A stretch of DNA of 34,743 nucleotides from a bacterium (GCA_041640435.1 JBEQAH010000002.1:1-34743); one strand, 5' to 3'. Counted from the first letter of the stretch, positions 1 to 11,860 are shown. Numbers and translations: made by a program. The notes: generated from the letters alone by a model not told the origin.

Positions 1-834
1 GCCCGAATGGACGTGGACGCCGCCATCCTGTTCAGCGACCTGCTGGTCCCGTTGTGGGGCATGGGGCTGGATTTCCAGGTGGTGGAGGGCAAGGGCCCGG
101 TGTTGGACCGGACGCTGTCCGTGGACGAGCTCGCAGCCCTGCCGGAACTGGACCTGGAGGCGGTGGCGTTCGTACCGGAGACCGTCCGCCTCCTGTGCTC
201 CAGCCTGGACCGGCCGCTGGTGGGCTTCGCGGGGGCACCTTTCACCGTGGCGGCCTACCTGGTGGAGGGCAGACCCTCCCGGGACTGGCCGAGGACGCGG
301 GCTTTCATTCACACTCACCCCGACGCATGGCACGCTCTCGCCTCGAAGCTGTCGTCGAACCTGGCGGCGTACCTGCGCGCGCAAGTGCAGGCAGGGGCGC
401 ACCTTGTCCAGGTCTTCGACTCGTGGGTGGGGGTCTTGAGCGCCGAGGACTTCCGCTGGGCCGTGCGGCCGTACCTGGAGCAACTGCTGGATGCTCTCTC
501 AGGATCGGTCCGCGTGTACTTCGCCACCGGATGCGCGCACCTTCTGGGTGAGTTCTCAGGCTTGCCCGCGGAGGTGCTGGCGGTGGACTGGCGCGTGCCG
601 CTGTTGGAGGTGGGGCACCGCGCCCCCCACAAGGTGGTACAAGGCAACCTGGACCCGGCCATGTTGTTGGCGGAACCGCGGAGGCTGTGGGAGGCAGCGG
701 ACCGGGTGGTGGACGAGGGCCTTCGGCTCCCCGGACATGTGTTCAACCTCGGCCACGGCGTGCTGCCCCAGACGGACCCGGACCGGTTGGCGCGGCTTGT
801 GGACCGCGTGCACGAGAGGGGGAGGAGGAAGTGA
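1..834 (+). CDS. hemE: uroporphyrinogen decarboxylase, C-terminal ~277 codons (5' end outside window)
   Basis: The frame is open from nt 1. Translation contains DAAILFSDLLVP, PFTVAAYLVEG and VQVFDSWVG, typical of UROD/HemE. Stop TGA at 832-834. Confidence 0.85.
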   Translation, partial: ARMDVDAAILFSDLLVPLWGMGLDFQVVEGKGPVLDRTLSVDELAALPELDLEAVAFVPETVRLLCSSLDRPLVGFAGAPFTVAAYLVEGRPSRDWPRTRAFIHTHPDAWHALASKLSSNLAAYLRAQVQAGAHLVQVFDSWVGVLSAEDFRWAVRPYLEQLLDALSGSVRVYFATGCAHLLGEFSGLPAEVLAVDWRVPLLEVGHRAPHKVVQGNLDPAMLLAEPRRLWEAADRVVDEGLRLPGHVFNLGHGVLPQTDPDRLARLVDRVHERGRRK

Positions 835-1745
835 CGACTGCGGTGCTCCTCATGGCGTACGGCACCCCGCGGACCCTGGACGACGTGGAAGCGTACTTCA
901 CCCACATCCGGCGCGGGCGCCGACCCTCCGCGGAGGAGGTGGAATCCTTGCGCGAGCGCTACCGCCGCATCGGCGGCACCTCACCCTTGCGCGAGATCAC
1001 GGAGGCGCAGGCCCGCGGGCTAGAGGCCGCACTGGACCGCAAGGCCCCGGGTCGGTTCCGCGTGTACCTGGCGATGAAGCACAGCGAGCCCTTTGTGTCC
1101 GACGTGGCCCGGCAGCTGGTCTCCGAGGGGTGGAGGCAGGTGGTGGCGCTGGTGCTCGCGCCCCACGAGTCCCGGATGATCGTGGACGAGTATCTGGAGT
1201 ACGCGCACCCCGAGTTCGACCGAGCGCGGGGCCTGGATCTGCGGGTCGTCCGCTCGTGGCATCGCAATCCCGGCTACCTGGCTGCGGTGGAGCGGCGGGT
1301 GCGCGCCGCCCTCCTGACGTTCCCCGACCCTCGCCCGGAGGCCATCGAGGTGCTGTTCACCGCCCACAGCCTCCCCGAGCGCATCCTGGAGTGGGACGAC
1401 CCCTATCCGAAACAGCTGCGGGAGACCGGGGAGGTGCTCGCGGCCCGACTGTCGCTCGCCCGCTGGCGGGTGTGCTACCAGAGCGCGGGACACACGCCGT
1501 TCCCGTGGCTGGGCCCGGACATCCTGGAGGTCCTGGAAGAGCTGGCCACCTCCCGCACCCGGCAGGTACTGGCGGTGCCCATAGGGTTCACCGCGGACCA
1601 CCTGGAGGTCCTCTACGACCTGGACATCGAGGCCGCAGAGCGCGCTCAGGCCCTGGGGCTGGTGTTCCGCCGCGCGGAGTCGTTGAACGCAGATCCGCAG
1701 TTCCTGGAGGGCTTGGCGGACGAGGTCACCCGCGCCGTAGAGTAG
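831..1745 (+). CDS. hemH: ferrochelatase (HemH/CpfC type not distinguishable)
   Basis: GTG at 831 follows GGAGGAGG (821-828) and overlaps the hemE stop as GTGA. Translation VLLMAYGTPRTLDDVEAYFTHIRRGRRPS ... FTAHSLPE ... GFTADHLEVLYDLD is typical ferrochelatase. The upstream part of ORF 687..1745 lies inside hemE and was discarded. Confidence 0.85.
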   Translation: MTTAVLLMAYGTPRTLDDVEAYFTHIRRGRRPSAEEVESLRERYRRIGGTSPLREITEAQARGLEAALDRKAPGRFRVYLAMKHSEPFVSDVARQLVSEGWRQVVALVLAPHESRMIVDEYLEYAHPEFDRARGLDLRVVRSWHRNPGYLAAVERRVRAALLTFPDPRPEAIEVLFTAHSLPERILEWDDPYPKQLRETGEVLAARLSLARWRVCYQSAGHTPFPWLGPDILEVLEELATSRTRQVLAVPIGFTADHLEVLYDLDIEAAERAQALGLVFRRAESLNADPQFLEGLADEVTRAVE

Positions 1746-1748
1746 TTC

Positions 1749-3206
1749 TCAGTCGCCCGGGTCTGCGGCCCACGTCTCCCGGGCTCGCAGGACGCGTCCG
1801 GGAGGGAACCACCGCACCGAAACCAGTGCCAGCAAGCTCAACCCCAGGGACGCCGCGAACACCGTCCCCATCGCGTCCGCGAGGTGCGTGCGCATGACCT
1901 CCAGCGACGGCCCGGCTCCCTCCGACGGGAGGACGGGGTCCAGCAACCGCGCCAGCTCCTCTGCTCTTACGCCTGCGGCCTGCAGCCGCCAGAGGAGCAC
2001 GCCGCCCAGCGCGCTCACGCCCACCGCTCCCCCGACGCTCCGGAAGAACAGGGTGAGGGAGGTGGCCACGCCGCGCTCCCCGTACGCCACCGAGTCCTGC
2101 ACGCTGAGGACCGTCACCAACACCACCAGGCCCATGCCGGTCCCGAGCAGCGCCGTCGCCACCCACAGCCACCCCTCGGGCGTGGCCGGCCCCAACCGGG
2201 TGAGCAGGGCGAACCCGGTCGCCAGCACCACGACCCCGCCGTATGCGACGAGCCGGAACCCAAGGCGCAGCGCAAGCCTGCCGCCGAAGGTGCTGGAGAG
2301 GCTCCAGGCGAGCATGAGCGGGGTGAGGGCAACGCCCGCTTCCGTGGGCGCCCCGCCTCGCACGCCCTGGACGAACAGAGGAACGTAGTAGAGGCTACCG
2401 AACAGGGCGGCCCCCACGAGGAATCCGGTGACGGATGTGGCGCTCACGAGCCGGTTTGCGAACAGCCAGAGGGGAACGAGCGGGTTCTGGACCCGACGTT
2501 CCCACCACAGGAAGGCGGCGGCGAGCCCCAGGCCGGAGATCATCAGCCCCAGCTGCGGACGCACACCCTCAAGGCTGTACAGGACCAGCGCCACCGAGGC
2601 CACGAGGAGAGCTGCGCCCACAGCGTCCACCGAGCCTTCCGCCCGGACCACTTTCTCCCGGTACGCCCGCGCCACCACCCACAGGGCCGCCATCCCCACG
2701 GGGAGGTTGAGGTAAAAGATCCACCGCCACGACCAGGCGTCCACGATGAACCCGCCCAGGAGCGGCCCGATCACGCTGGCGACGCCCCACATGCCGCTGA
2801 ACAGACCTTGCACCCGAGCCCGCTCCTCCAGGGTGTACAGGTCACCCACGATGGTGATGGCCACGGGTAGAAGCGCACCGCCCCCGACCCCTTGCAGCGC
2901 GCGGAACAGCACCAGCTGCGGCATGGAGGCCGCGGCGCCGCAAAGAACCGAACCGACCAGGAATGCGGCGATGCCGAACAGGTAGACCCGGCGGCGGCCG
3001 TACCGATCCGCGAGCCCGCCGAACACCGGGCTTGCGGCCGTCAGGGTGAGGGAGTAGGCGGCCGCCACCCACGGGTACAGCTCCAGGCCGCCGAGGGTGT
3101 GAGCGATGGTGGGAAGCGCGGTGGCCACCACGGTGGTGTCCAGCGCCGCGAGGAACATGCCCAGCATCACCGCCAGGGTCACCACGCGCCGCTGTTGCCT
3201 GTCCAC
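1749..3206 (-). CDS. MFS transporter, DHA2/EmrB-like (14-TMS type) drug or metabolite exporter
   Basis: ORF 1749..3275 is hydrophobic throughout, with the MFS motif GGLADRYGRRRV and LFRALQGVGGG. I prefer the GTG at 3206, which follows GGAGG by 5 nt, over the ORF-track start at 3275, which would leave no divergent intergenic space. Confidence 0.8.
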   Translation of the reverse strand: MDRQQRRVVTLAVMLGMFLAALDTTVVATALPTIAHTLGGLELYPWVAAAYSLTLTAASPVFGGLADRYGRRRVYLFGIAAFLVGSVLCGAAASMPQLVLFRALQGVGGGALLPVAITIVGDLYTLEERARVQGLFSGMWGVASVIGPLLGGFIVDAWSWRWIFYLNLPVGMAALWVVARAYREKVVRAEGSVDAVGAALLVASVALVLYSLEGVRPQLGLMISGLGLAAAFLWWERRVQNPLVPLWLFANRLVSATSVTGFLVGAALFGSLYYVPLFVQGVRGGAPTEAGVALTPLMLAWSLSSTFGGRLALRLGFRLVAYGGVVVLATGFALLTRLGPATPEGWLWVATALLGTGMGLVVLVTVLSVQDSVAYGERGVATSLTLFFRSVGGAVGVSALGGVLLWRLQAAGVRAEELARLLDPVLPSEGAGPSLEVMRTHLADAMGTVFAASLGLSLLALVSVRWFPPGRVLRARETWAADPGD

Positions 3207-3289
3207 CGCGACCTCCTGCTGGACCGTACAATCGAAGGCAGGGCCTTTGCCCCATTCTCTCAAGACGAAACGCACCCGTGGGGGGCCAT

Positions 3290-4198
3290 ATGCCGGAGCG
3301 CCTTGACCGTTCCATCCTGGCGGTACCCGCCTCGGAACCCCGCAAGGTGGCTAGAGCGGTGGCCAGTGAGGCAGACGCGGTGTTCCTGGACCTGGAGGAC
3401 GCGGTCCCGCCGGAGCACAAGGAGACCGCCCGCCGCGAGGCCGCCCGGGCCCTGCGCGACCTGGATTGGGGGGGCAAGACCCGCATGGTGCGCATCAACG
3501 CCCTCGACACGCCTTGGGCGCACCGGGACGTCGTCGAGGTCTGTGAGGGCTCCCGGGGCTGCCTGGACTGCGTGGTGGTCCCGAAGGTCGGTCGGCCTGA
3601 GGAGGTCGCCTTCGTGGACATCCTTCTCGCACAGGTGGAGGCGGGCCTCGGTCTGTCACGCCGCGTCCGCATCCACGCGCTGGTGGAGTCTGCGGAGGGG
3701 CTGGCCAACGTGGACCGGATCGCCGCAGCGAGTCCGCGTCTGGAGGCGTTGAGCTTCGGGCCCGGAGACTTCGCCGCCTCTTTGGGGATGCCCGCCTCCG
3801 CCATCGGAACCCCCGACGCGTGGGACGAGCTGTACCCGGGCCACCGGTGGCATTACGCCATGCAGCGGGTCCTGGTGGCGGCGCGCGCGCACGGTCTGCG
3901 CGCCTACGACGGACCTTCGGCGGAGTTCCGCGACCTTGAAGCTTTCCGCAGGCTGTCCTTGGTCGCGCGGGCCCTGGGGTTCGACGGCAAGTGGTGCATC
4001 CACCCTGCGCAGATCCCCGTGGTGCACGAGGTCTTCTCGCCCACGCCCCAGGAGCTGGCGTGGGCGCAGCGGGTGGTGGCTGCCTACGAGGCGGCGCTGG
4101 CGGAAGGGCGGGGAGCCATCACCGTGGATGGCAAGATGGTGGACGCGGCTTCCCTGCGCATGGCCCGCGCCACCCTCGCCCGGAGCCGCGATCCCTAA
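3290..4198 (+). CDS. HpcH/HpaI aldolase - citrate lyase beta (CitE)-like / malyl-CoA-type lyase
   Basis: Translation [17 protein letters not shown]...[14 protein letters not shown]...RINALDTPW...VVVPKV...[15 protein letters not shown] matches the CitE/malyl-CoA lyase family pattern. ATG at 3290 follows a G-rich SD. The stop TAA (4196-4198) overlaps the glcF stop. Confidence 0.75.
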   Translation: MPERLDRSILAVPASEPRKVARAVASEADAVFLDLEDAVPPEHKETARREAARALRDLDWGGKTRMVRINALDTPWAHRDVVEVCEGSRGCLDCVVVPKVGRPEEVAFVDILLAQVEAGLGLSRRVRIHALVESAEGLANVDRIAAASPRLEALSFGPGDFAASLGMPASAIGTPDAWDELYPGHRWHYAMQRVLVAARAHGLRAYDGPSAEFRDLEAFRRLSLVARALGFDGKWCIHPAQIPVVHEVFSPTPQELAWAQRVVAAYEAALAEGRGAITVDGKMVDAASLRMARATLARSRDP

Positions 4199-5502
4199 CC
4201 TGCGAGCGGACGGGCAGAAGCCGCGCCCGCGGACCGGAGGGGTTCGCCCGCATACGCGCGGTCCAGGACCTCTACGGTGTGCAGGACCGGCAGCGGCTGG
4301 CCCAGCGCCCGCAGGTGCGCCTCCAGCTGCACCATGCACCCCACGTTTCCGGTGACTACGGCGTCTGCGCCTGTGCGGAGGATCGCCTGCGCCTTGCGCC
4401 GTCCCAGCTCTGCGGCCACCTCCGGGTGCTCAAGGTTGTACGTGCCGGCGGACCCGCAGCAGATGTCCCCGTCCGGGACGTCGACCAGCTCCAAGTTGGC
4501 GATCGACCGCAGCAGCCTTCGCGGGGCCTCTCGCACCCCCTGGGCGTGGGCGAGGTGGCAGGCGTCGTGGTAGGCGACCCGCACGCGCGCCGGAAGTGCT
4601 GGAGGCGGAGCCAGTAGACCCACCTGGTCCAGGAACTCGCTCACGTCGCGGGTGCGCCCGGCCAGCTTCCGGGCCAGCTCTTCCTCGGCCTGCCCCGCGA
4701 ACAGCAGCCCGTATTCCCGCATGGCAGACCCGCAGCCTGCGGCGTTGGTTAGCACCGCGTCCAGAGAATCGTCGAACGCCCGTAGGTTTCGAGCCGCGAG
4801 CCGCCGCGCCAGGCGGCCTTCCCCAGCGTGCATGGCCAGGGCGCCGCAGCAGCCCTGGCCCGGCGGGACCACCACCTGCACACCGTTGCGGCCCAGCACC
4901 CGCACGGTGGCCGAGTGAATCGTGGGCCGCAGAACGCGCTGCACGCAGCCCTCCAGCAGCGCCACCCGCGCCCGGACCTGCCCGGCCGCAGGCGCTGCGG
5001 CCGGCAGGACTTCTCGGCCTGGCAGGCGCTCGGGCAAGAGCGTCGCCAGGGTGCCGAGGCGTCCGGGCAGGCGTTGCAGCACCGGACGCAGCTGCCGTCC
5101 AAGCACGAGAGCCCACCGGAAGCGCCCCGGGTACGGCAGGGTACTCAACACCAGCCATCGCAGCAGCCGGTCCGCCATCGGTCGACGGCGGTGCCCTTCG
5201 GCGTGCTCCCGGAACGGGGTGAGCAGCTCTCCGTAGGCCACTCCAGAAGGGCACGCGCTCACGCAGCTCAGGCAACCCAGGCATCGGTCCACAAACGGCA
5301 CCGCCTCCTGTAGCGGCAGCTCGCCCTCCAGCGCCTGCTTCATCAGGAAGATGCGGCCGCGCGGCGAATCCATCTCCTCCCCGAGCACGCGGTAGGTCGG
5401 ACAGGCCGGCAGGCAGAACCCGCAGTGCACGCACGCCTCCACCGCCCTGGCCATGGCCGCTCCCGCGTGGCCGTAGCGCTCTACGGGGATCCGGTGCTGC
5501 AC
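4195..5502 (-). CDS. glcF: glycolate oxidase iron-sulfur subunit
   Basis: Two ferredoxin-type cluster motifs, [12 protein letters not shown] and [12 protein letters not shown], plus C-terminal CCG-type repeats (GCCG, CCGSAG). GTG at 5502 follows GGGGAGGA by 7 nt. Confidence 0.85.
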   Translation of the reverse strand: MQHRIPVERYGHAGAAMARAVEACVHCGFCLPACPTYRVLGEEMDSPRGRIFLMKQALEGELPLQEAVPFVDRCLGCLSCVSACPSGVAYGELLTPFREHAEGHRRRPMADRLLRWLVLSTLPYPGRFRWALVLGRQLRPVLQRLPGRLGTLATLLPERLPGREVLPAAAPAAGQVRARVALLEGCVQRVLRPTIHSATVRVLGRNGVQVVVPPGQGCCGALAMHAGEGRLARRLAARNLRAFDDSLDAVLTNAAGCGSAMREYGLLFAGQAEEELARKLAGRTRDVSEFLDQVGLLAPPPALPARVRVAYHDACHLAHAQGVREAPRRLLRSIANLELVDVPDGDICCGSAGTYNLEHPEVAAELGRRKAQAILRTGADAVVTGNVGCMVQLEAHLRALGQPLPVLHTVEVLDRAYAGEPLRSAGAASARPLAG

Positions 5503-6587
5503 GGCTCGATCCTCCCCAGCCGGCCTGCGGGATCCAGGGCGTGCTTCACCCGGACGCCGAACGGGTTCGCTTCCCAGCGGCCGAGGGCCACCGGGCCCGG
5601 GGGGCCAAGCAGCCGCAGGCCCCGCAGGCCCAGCTCGGCCAGGGTTTTACCCAGAAGACCTGGATCTCCCGGCCAGCCCACCCACGCCACGTTGCCGCCG
5701 GCGGAGTAGCGGCGTACGCTTTCGGCACCCGCGAGTTTCGACTCCAGCTCGGCCACGCGCCGCGGGGTCGTGGGCACTTTAACGAGGGACCAGCCCGCGG
5801 GAAGCCAGGTGAACTCGCGGGCCCCCTCCCACACGGCCGCGTCCTCTTCCACCAGCTCCACCTCACCGCCCAGGAACGCCCGCAGCCGGTCCACCCGCGC
5901 GAGCAGGGATTCCCGGAGCCCCGCCACCCGGACCCAAAGGGTGGATGGGGGGGCGAGGTCTACGGCTTCTAAGTCGAAGGCGCTGGTGGCCAGGGCACAC
6001 ATGGTCTCAAGGGCCTCGCGCAAGCCGCGCCGACGGACTCTCAGGGTCGCGTGGGCGGGGGGTCGGGGGAATACCTTGAACGACAGCTCCACCAGCACCC
6101 CGAGTGTACCGAGGCTCCCCACGAAGAGCTTGGGGAAGTCGAACCCGGCGGCGTTCTTCACCACTTTCCCACCGGCCCGGATCAGGCGCCCATCACCGTC
6201 CACGAACCGGCACCCCAGGACGAAGTCGCGCACCCCCCCGTACCTGTAGCGGCACGGCCCGCTGAGGCCGCTCGCCACGGTGCCGCCGAGCGTGGCGCCC
6301 GCCGCCGCCAGCGGCGGGTCGAACGGGAGGTACTGACCGTGCTGCCCAAGAAGCGCCTCCACCTGGCGGACCGGGGTCCCGGCAAGCGCGGTGAACGTGA
6401 ACTCGCTGGGGTCGTAGTCCACTACACCTCTGAGCCCAGAAAGGTCCAGGATGACCCCGTCCATCGGGGCCAGGGCTGTCTTCGTCCCCCCGCCGCGGGT
6501 CCGTACAGCCGCATGCTCCCGGACGGCGGCCGCCACGGCCTCGGGACGGTCCACCGACACCACGACGCCCGCCACGATGTCAGGCAC
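5481..6587 (-). CDS. glcE: glycolate oxidase FAD-binding subunit
   Basis: Translation [10 protein letters not shown]...[28 protein letters not shown]...[21 protein letters not shown] is a FAD_binding_4 (PCMH) domain without the GlcD C-terminal part. The GTG at 6587 overlaps the glcD stop by 8 nt. The N-terminal 81 codons of ORF 5481..6830 lie inside glcD and were discarded. Confidence 0.8.
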   Translation of the reverse strand: MPDIVAGVVVSVDRPEAVAAAVREHAAVRTRGGGTKTALAPMDGVILDLSGLRGVVDYDPSEFTFTALAGTPVRQVEALLGQHGQYLPFDPPLAAAGATLGGTVASGLSGPCRYRYGGVRDFVLGCRFVDGDGRLIRAGGKVVKNAAGFDFPKLFVGSLGTLGVLVELSFKVFPRPPAHATLRVRRRGLREALETMCALATSAFDLEAVDLAPPSTLWVRVAGLRESLLARVDRLRAFLGGEVELVEEDAAVWEGAREFTWLPAGWSLVKVPTTPRRVAELESKLAGAESVRRYSAGGNVAWVGWPGDPGLLGKTLAELGLRGLRLLGPPGPVALGRWEANPFGVRVKHALDPAGRLGRIEPCSTGSP

Positions 6588-8028
6588 TCGCCGCGGCCGA
6601 CGCCGGCGTGGGACGGCTGGTGGGGAAGACCTTGCCGCGGTTGGCGATCTCGAGCGGGTCCACCGCGCGCCGGAGCCGGCGCATGGCCTCCACGTCCGCC
6701 TCGCCGAACATCTCCACCAGGTACTCCCGCTTCTCCATGCCGACCCCGTGCTCTCCCGTGATGGAGCCGCCCAGGCGGATGCACAGTCGCAGGATTTCCC
6801 CGGCCAGCGCCTCCGCGCGCTCCAGTTCACCGGGCCTGCGGCCGTCGTAGAGGATGAGCGGGTGCAGGTTGCCGTCGCCCGCGTGGAACACGTTGGCCAC
6901 CCGCAGCCCGTAGTGCCGGCTCAGCCGCTCGATCTCCGCGAGGGCGGTGCCCAACTGGCTGCGCGGCACCACACCGTCCTGCACCAGGTAGTCCGGGCTC
7001 AGCCGGCCGACGGAGGAGAACGCGCCCTTGCGGCCCTTCCAGATGCGCTGCCGCTCCGCCTCGTCCCGCGCCTGCCGCACCTCGTACGCGCCCGAGGATT
7101 GCACCACCGCCAGCAATCGCTCCAGCTCCGCTTCGACCTCGGGCTCCTCACCTTCCAGCTCCACGATGAGCAGGGCCGCGGCGTCCTGGGGGTAGCCCGC
7201 ATGCACCGCAGCCTCCGCAGCCTCGATGCTCAGCCGGTCCATGATCTCCAAAGCTCCCGGGAGCAGCCCTGAAGCCACCACCTGCGCCACCGCGTCGCCC
7301 GCAGCTTGCAGGCTACGGTAAGCGGCGAGCACTGTCCGGTACGCCTCGGGCCGCGGGACTAGGCGCAGGGTGATCTCCAGCGCGATCCCCAGCAGGCCCT
7401 CGGATCCCACGAACAGCCCCACTAGGTCCGGACCCACCGCCTCCAAGCTGTCGCCGCCCAGGCGTGTCACCTCGCCATCGGGCAGCACCACCTCCAGCCC
7501 CAGCACGTGGTTGGCGGTCATGCCGTACTTCAGACAGTGGGCGCCGCCGGAGTTGAACGCCACATTCCCGCCGATGGTGCACACCGGCTGGCTGCTGGGG
7601 TCGGGTGCGTAGTACAGGCCGTAGGGCGCGGCGGCGCGTGACACATCGAGGTTCACCACCCCCGGCTCCACCACCGCCACCCGCTCCTCCGGATCCAGCC
7701 GCAGGATCCGGTTCATCCGGTTCAGCGCGATCACCACCCCGCCGGGGACTGGCAGCGACCCCCCCGAGAGACTCGTCCCGCTCCCCCGTGCCACGAACGG
7801 CACCCCGTGGCGGTGGCACCACCGAACGGTGGCCACCACCTCTTCCCGCCGCTCTGCGAGGACCACAGCTGCGGGGCGAGACCGGAACGCGGTGAGGGCG
7901 TCGGACTCGTACGGGGCCAGCTCGCCGGGACGGGTCAGGATCCGGTCCCGCGGCACGATCCCGCGCAGGCCTTCTACCACCTGCTCCGAATGCACCGTAC
8001 CTCCCGAAGGACTGCTCGCGCGCAGCAC
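6580..8028 (-). CDS. glcD: glycolate oxidase subunit GlcD (FAD-linked oxidase)
   Basis: Translation [32 protein letters not shown] and [17 protein letters not shown] is typical GlcD. An alternative start is the GTG at 7995, which follows GGGAGG by 4 nt. Confidence 0.9.
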   Translation of the reverse strand: MLRASSPSGGTVHSEQVVEGLRGIVPRDRILTRPGELAPYESDALTAFRSRPAAVVLAERREEVVATVRWCHRHGVPFVARGSGTSLSGGSLPVPGGVVIALNRMNRILRLDPEERVAVVEPGVVNLDVSRAAAPYGLYYAPDPSSQPVCTIGGNVAFNSGGAHCLKYGMTANHVLGLEVVLPDGEVTRLGGDSLEAVGPDLVGLFVGSEGLLGIALEITLRLVPRPEAYRTVLAAYRSLQAAGDAVAQVVASGLLPGALEIMDRLSIEAAEAAVHAGYPQDAAALLIVELEGEEPEVEAELERLLAVVQSSGAYEVRQARDEAERQRIWKGRKGAFSSVGRLSPDYLVQDGVVPRSQLGTALAEIERLSRHYGLRVANVFHAGDGNLHPLILYDGRRPGELERAEALAGEILRLCIRLGGSITGEHGVGMEKREYLVEMFGEADVEAMRRLRRAVDPLEIANRGKVFPTSRPTPASAAASA

Positions 8029-8035
8029 TCGACGC

Positions 8036-9619
<1,584 letters not shown>

Positions 9620-9695
9620 CTCCGTCCCGCCGCCACAGTATCCGCGGCCGCGGGGGGTGTCAATGTGCGGAAGTTTTTTTTACAATGTGAAAACA
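9620..9695. promoter_or_regulatory. divergent aceB / iclR control region (AT-rich island with repeated CAATGTG and a TACAAT -10 box)
   Basis: CAATGTG occurs at 9661-9667 and 9683-9689, 22 bp apart. A T8 run lies at 9673-9680. TACAAT at 9681-9686 ends 9 nt before the iclR ATG. Confidence 0.3.
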
Positions 9696-10481
9696 ATGGC
9701 GAAAGTCAGCCTTCTCCGGGGCACGCAGGGGGCCACCCAGGTCCGCACGCTCCTTCGAGGGCTCGCCCTCCTCGAGGCCCTCGCCCAAACCCCCGACCTC
9801 ACCCTCTCCGAGGTGGCCCGCCGCGTCCGCCTTCCCGTGAGCACCACCTACCGGATGCTGGAGACCCTGCGGCGCCGCGGGTTCGTTCACCTCTCCGGGG
9901 CGAGCCGATACCGCGTGGGGCTGCGCGCCTTCGAGGTGGGTATGGGCTTCCTCAACGGCCAGCGGCTCCCGGAGGTCGCCCGGCCGGCCATGGTGGATCT
10001 GGTGAACCGGGTGAACGAGACGGCCAACCTCGCAATGCGGGATGGCTGGGAAGCGGTGTACGTGCTGCAGGTAGAGAGCCGCCAGATGCTCCGGCTGTTC
10101 GCACACCCCGGCGCGCGACACCCCCTACACTGCACCGGCGTCGGGAAGATCCTCCTGGCGTGGGAGCCTGAAGACCAGGTGCGCGCATTTCTGGAGAGCG
10201 CCCCGCTCCTGCGCTTCACGCCCCGCACCCTCACCGATCCCGAGGCCATCCTGCGGGAACTTCGCAGCGTCCGCACCCGGGGCTACGCGGTGGACCGCGA
10301 GGAGCGAGAAAGGGGGGTCCGGTGCGTGGCGGCTCCGGTCCGGGACAGCCAGGGCCGGGTGGTGGCGGCTCTATCCGTGTCCGCACCCGCAACCCGCCTG
10401 CCGCATCGCCGGATCCCGGAGGTGGCCGGGGCGGTCCTGGAAACGGCCGCGGAGATCAGCCGCCAACTGGTCTTCTCCTAG
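9696..10481 (+). CDS. IclR-family transcriptional regulator
   Basis: Starts at ATG 9696 (MAKVSLLRG...). N-terminal wHTH LTLSEVARRVRLPVSTTYRMLETLRRRGFV, then an IclR effector domain (HCTGVGKILLA, AVDREERERGVRCVAAPV). The upstream part of ORF 9297..10481 is antisense to aceB and was discarded. Confidence 0.85.
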   Translation: MAKVSLLRGTQGATQVRTLLRGLALLEALAQTPDLTLSEVARRVRLPVSTTYRMLETLRRRGFVHLSGASRYRVGLRAFEVGMGFLNGQRLPEVARPAMVDLVNRVNETANLAMRDGWEAVYVLQVESRQMLRLFAHPGARHPLHCTGVGKILLAWEPEDQVRAFLESAPLLRFTPRTLTDPEAILRELRSVRTRGYAVDREERERGVRCVAAPVRDSQGRVVAALSVSAPATRLPHRRIPEVAGAVLETAAEISRQLVFS

Positions 10482-10560
10482 CCCCTTTCCGCAAGGTGGA
10501 AGCGATTCCGAACAGAAGGAAATGCCGGCCGCCCCCGCGAAGCCGACGACCTGCCCGGGC

Positions 10561-10617
10561 GGTGTCCAGCTCTCGCTGGGACCGGAGGGGAACCCGGATC
10601 CGACCAGAGCGGACACC
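10561..10617 (+). promoter_or_regulatory. long imperfect inverted repeat in the dctP 5' leader, downstream of iclR
   Basis: GGTGTCC-A-GCTCT (10561-10573) pairs with AGAGC-GGACACC (10606-10617). That is 12 bp with one bulged A, enclosing 32 nt. No U-tract follows. Confidence 0.3.
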
Positions 10618-10651
10618 ACGGGTAGACCCGATGGGGCAACAGGAGGGGGGT

Positions 10652-11800
10652 ATGGGCAATCGCGCAAAGAACAACCAGCGGTCCCGCCGCATCTCGCGGC
10701 GAACTTTTTTGAAGTCCGCGGTGGTGGTGGGAGCGGGCGCCGCCACCGGCGTCTTTCCCCGGGTTCGCGTGGCCCGGGCGCAGGCTCCCGTGGTGTGGAA
10801 GATCCAGTCCACCTGGCCTTCCCGGGACATCTTCCACGAGACCGTCGTCAGCCTCGCCCAGCGAGTCAACGAGATGTCGGGCGGCCGGCTGCGGTTCGAC
10901 GTCCTCCCCGCGGGTGCCGTGGTCCCCGCGTTTGAGGTCCTGGACGCCGTCAATCGAGGAGTCCTCGACGGCGGCCACGGCGTGCCCGCCTACTGGTTCG
11001 GCAAGCACGTAGCCGCGAGCCTGTTCGGTACCGGGCCCTCTTTCGGCATGGATGCGGTAGACCTGCTGGCCTGGTTCTACCACGGCGGTGGGTTCAACTT
11101 GTACCAGAACCTCTTGCAGAACGAGCTCAAGATGAACGTGGTCTCCTTCCTCCATGGACCCATCCCCACCCAACCCCTCGGCTGGTTCCGCACTCCGGTG
11201 CTCCGGCCGGAGCAGCTCCGGCGCACCAAGTACCGTACCGTGGGGCTATCCGCGGAGCTGTTCAAGGAGCTGGGAGCCAGCGTGGTCATCCTCCCCGGTG
11301 GAGAGATCGTCCCGGCCCTGGAGCGGGGGGTGATCGACGGCGCCGAGTTTAACAACCCGACCTCTGACAAGCTGCTCGGCTTCCCCGACGTCCGCAAGGT
11401 GTACATGTTGCAGAGCTACCACCAGCCCGTGGAATGTCTGGAGATCCTCTTCAACAAGAGCAAGTGGGACGCTCTCCCCGCGGATCTCAAGGCCATCGTG
11501 CGGAACGCGATCCTGGCTGAGAGCGCCGACTTCCAGCACAAGATGATCGACCGGAACAGCCGGGATCTGGAAGAGTTGGAGTCCCAGCGCAACGTCCGCG
11601 TCTACGTGACCCCGCGCCCCGTCCTCGAAGCGCAGCTGAAGGCTTGGGACACCATCATCGATCGCCACAGCAAAGCGAACCCGGTCTTCGCCCGGATCAT
11701 TCAAAGCCAGCGGGCTTGGGCCCGTCGGGTGGTCTCCTGGAAGCTTCGCACCTACGTGGACAACCGGCCCGCCTTCGAGCACTGGTTCCGGAAGCGCTGA
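10652..11800 (+). CDS. TRAP transporter substrate-binding protein (DctP family, TakP-like style) with twin-arginine signal peptide
   Basis: ATG 10652 follows AGGAGGGGGG. The Tat motif is SRRISRRTFLKSAVVVGAGAA...ARAQA. The mature part (WKIQSTWPS..., IDGAEFNNP, YHQP) resembles Tat-dependent DctP-type receptors. Confidence 0.85.
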   Translation: MGNRAKNNQRSRRISRRTFLKSAVVVGAGAATGVFPRVRVARAQAPVVWKIQSTWPSRDIFHETVVSLAQRVNEMSGGRLRFDVLPAGAVVPAFEVLDAVNRGVLDGGHGVPAYWFGKHVAASLFGTGPSFGMDAVDLLAWFYHGGGFNLYQNLLQNELKMNVVSFLHGPIPTQPLGWFRTPVLRPEQLRRTKYRTVGLSAELFKELGASVVILPGGEIVPALERGVIDGAEFNNPTSDKLLGFPDVRKVYMLQSYHQPVECLEILFNKSKWDALPADLKAIVRNAILAESADFQHKMIDRNSRDLEELESQRNVRVYVTPRPVLEAQLKAWDTIIDRHSKANPVFARIIQSQRAWARRVVSWKLRTYVDNRPAFEHWFRKR

Positions 11801-11806
11801 TCCGCC

Positions 11807-11843
11807 GCCCGGGGAGGGTGCCACCTGTCGGCCCTCCCCGGGC
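11807..11843 (+). promoter_or_regulatory. intercistronic GC-rich stem-loop between the TRAP receptor and permease genes
   Basis: GCCCGGGGAGGG (11807-11818) pairs perfectly with CCCTCCCCGGGC (11832-11843): 12 bp with a 13-nt loop. It starts 7 nt after the dctP stop. No U-tract follows, and the dctQ SD (GGGGAGG) comes right after it. Confidence 0.55.
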
Positions 11844-11860
11844 CTCAAGGGGAGGCCACC

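Noticed and set aside
3207-3289. TACAAT at 3227-3232 as the promoter -10 box for the CitE-like gene.
   Set aside because: No acceptable -35 element lies at 16-19 nt spacing. The hexamer sits in the short divergent spacer by itself, so the evidence is too weak to report as a feature.
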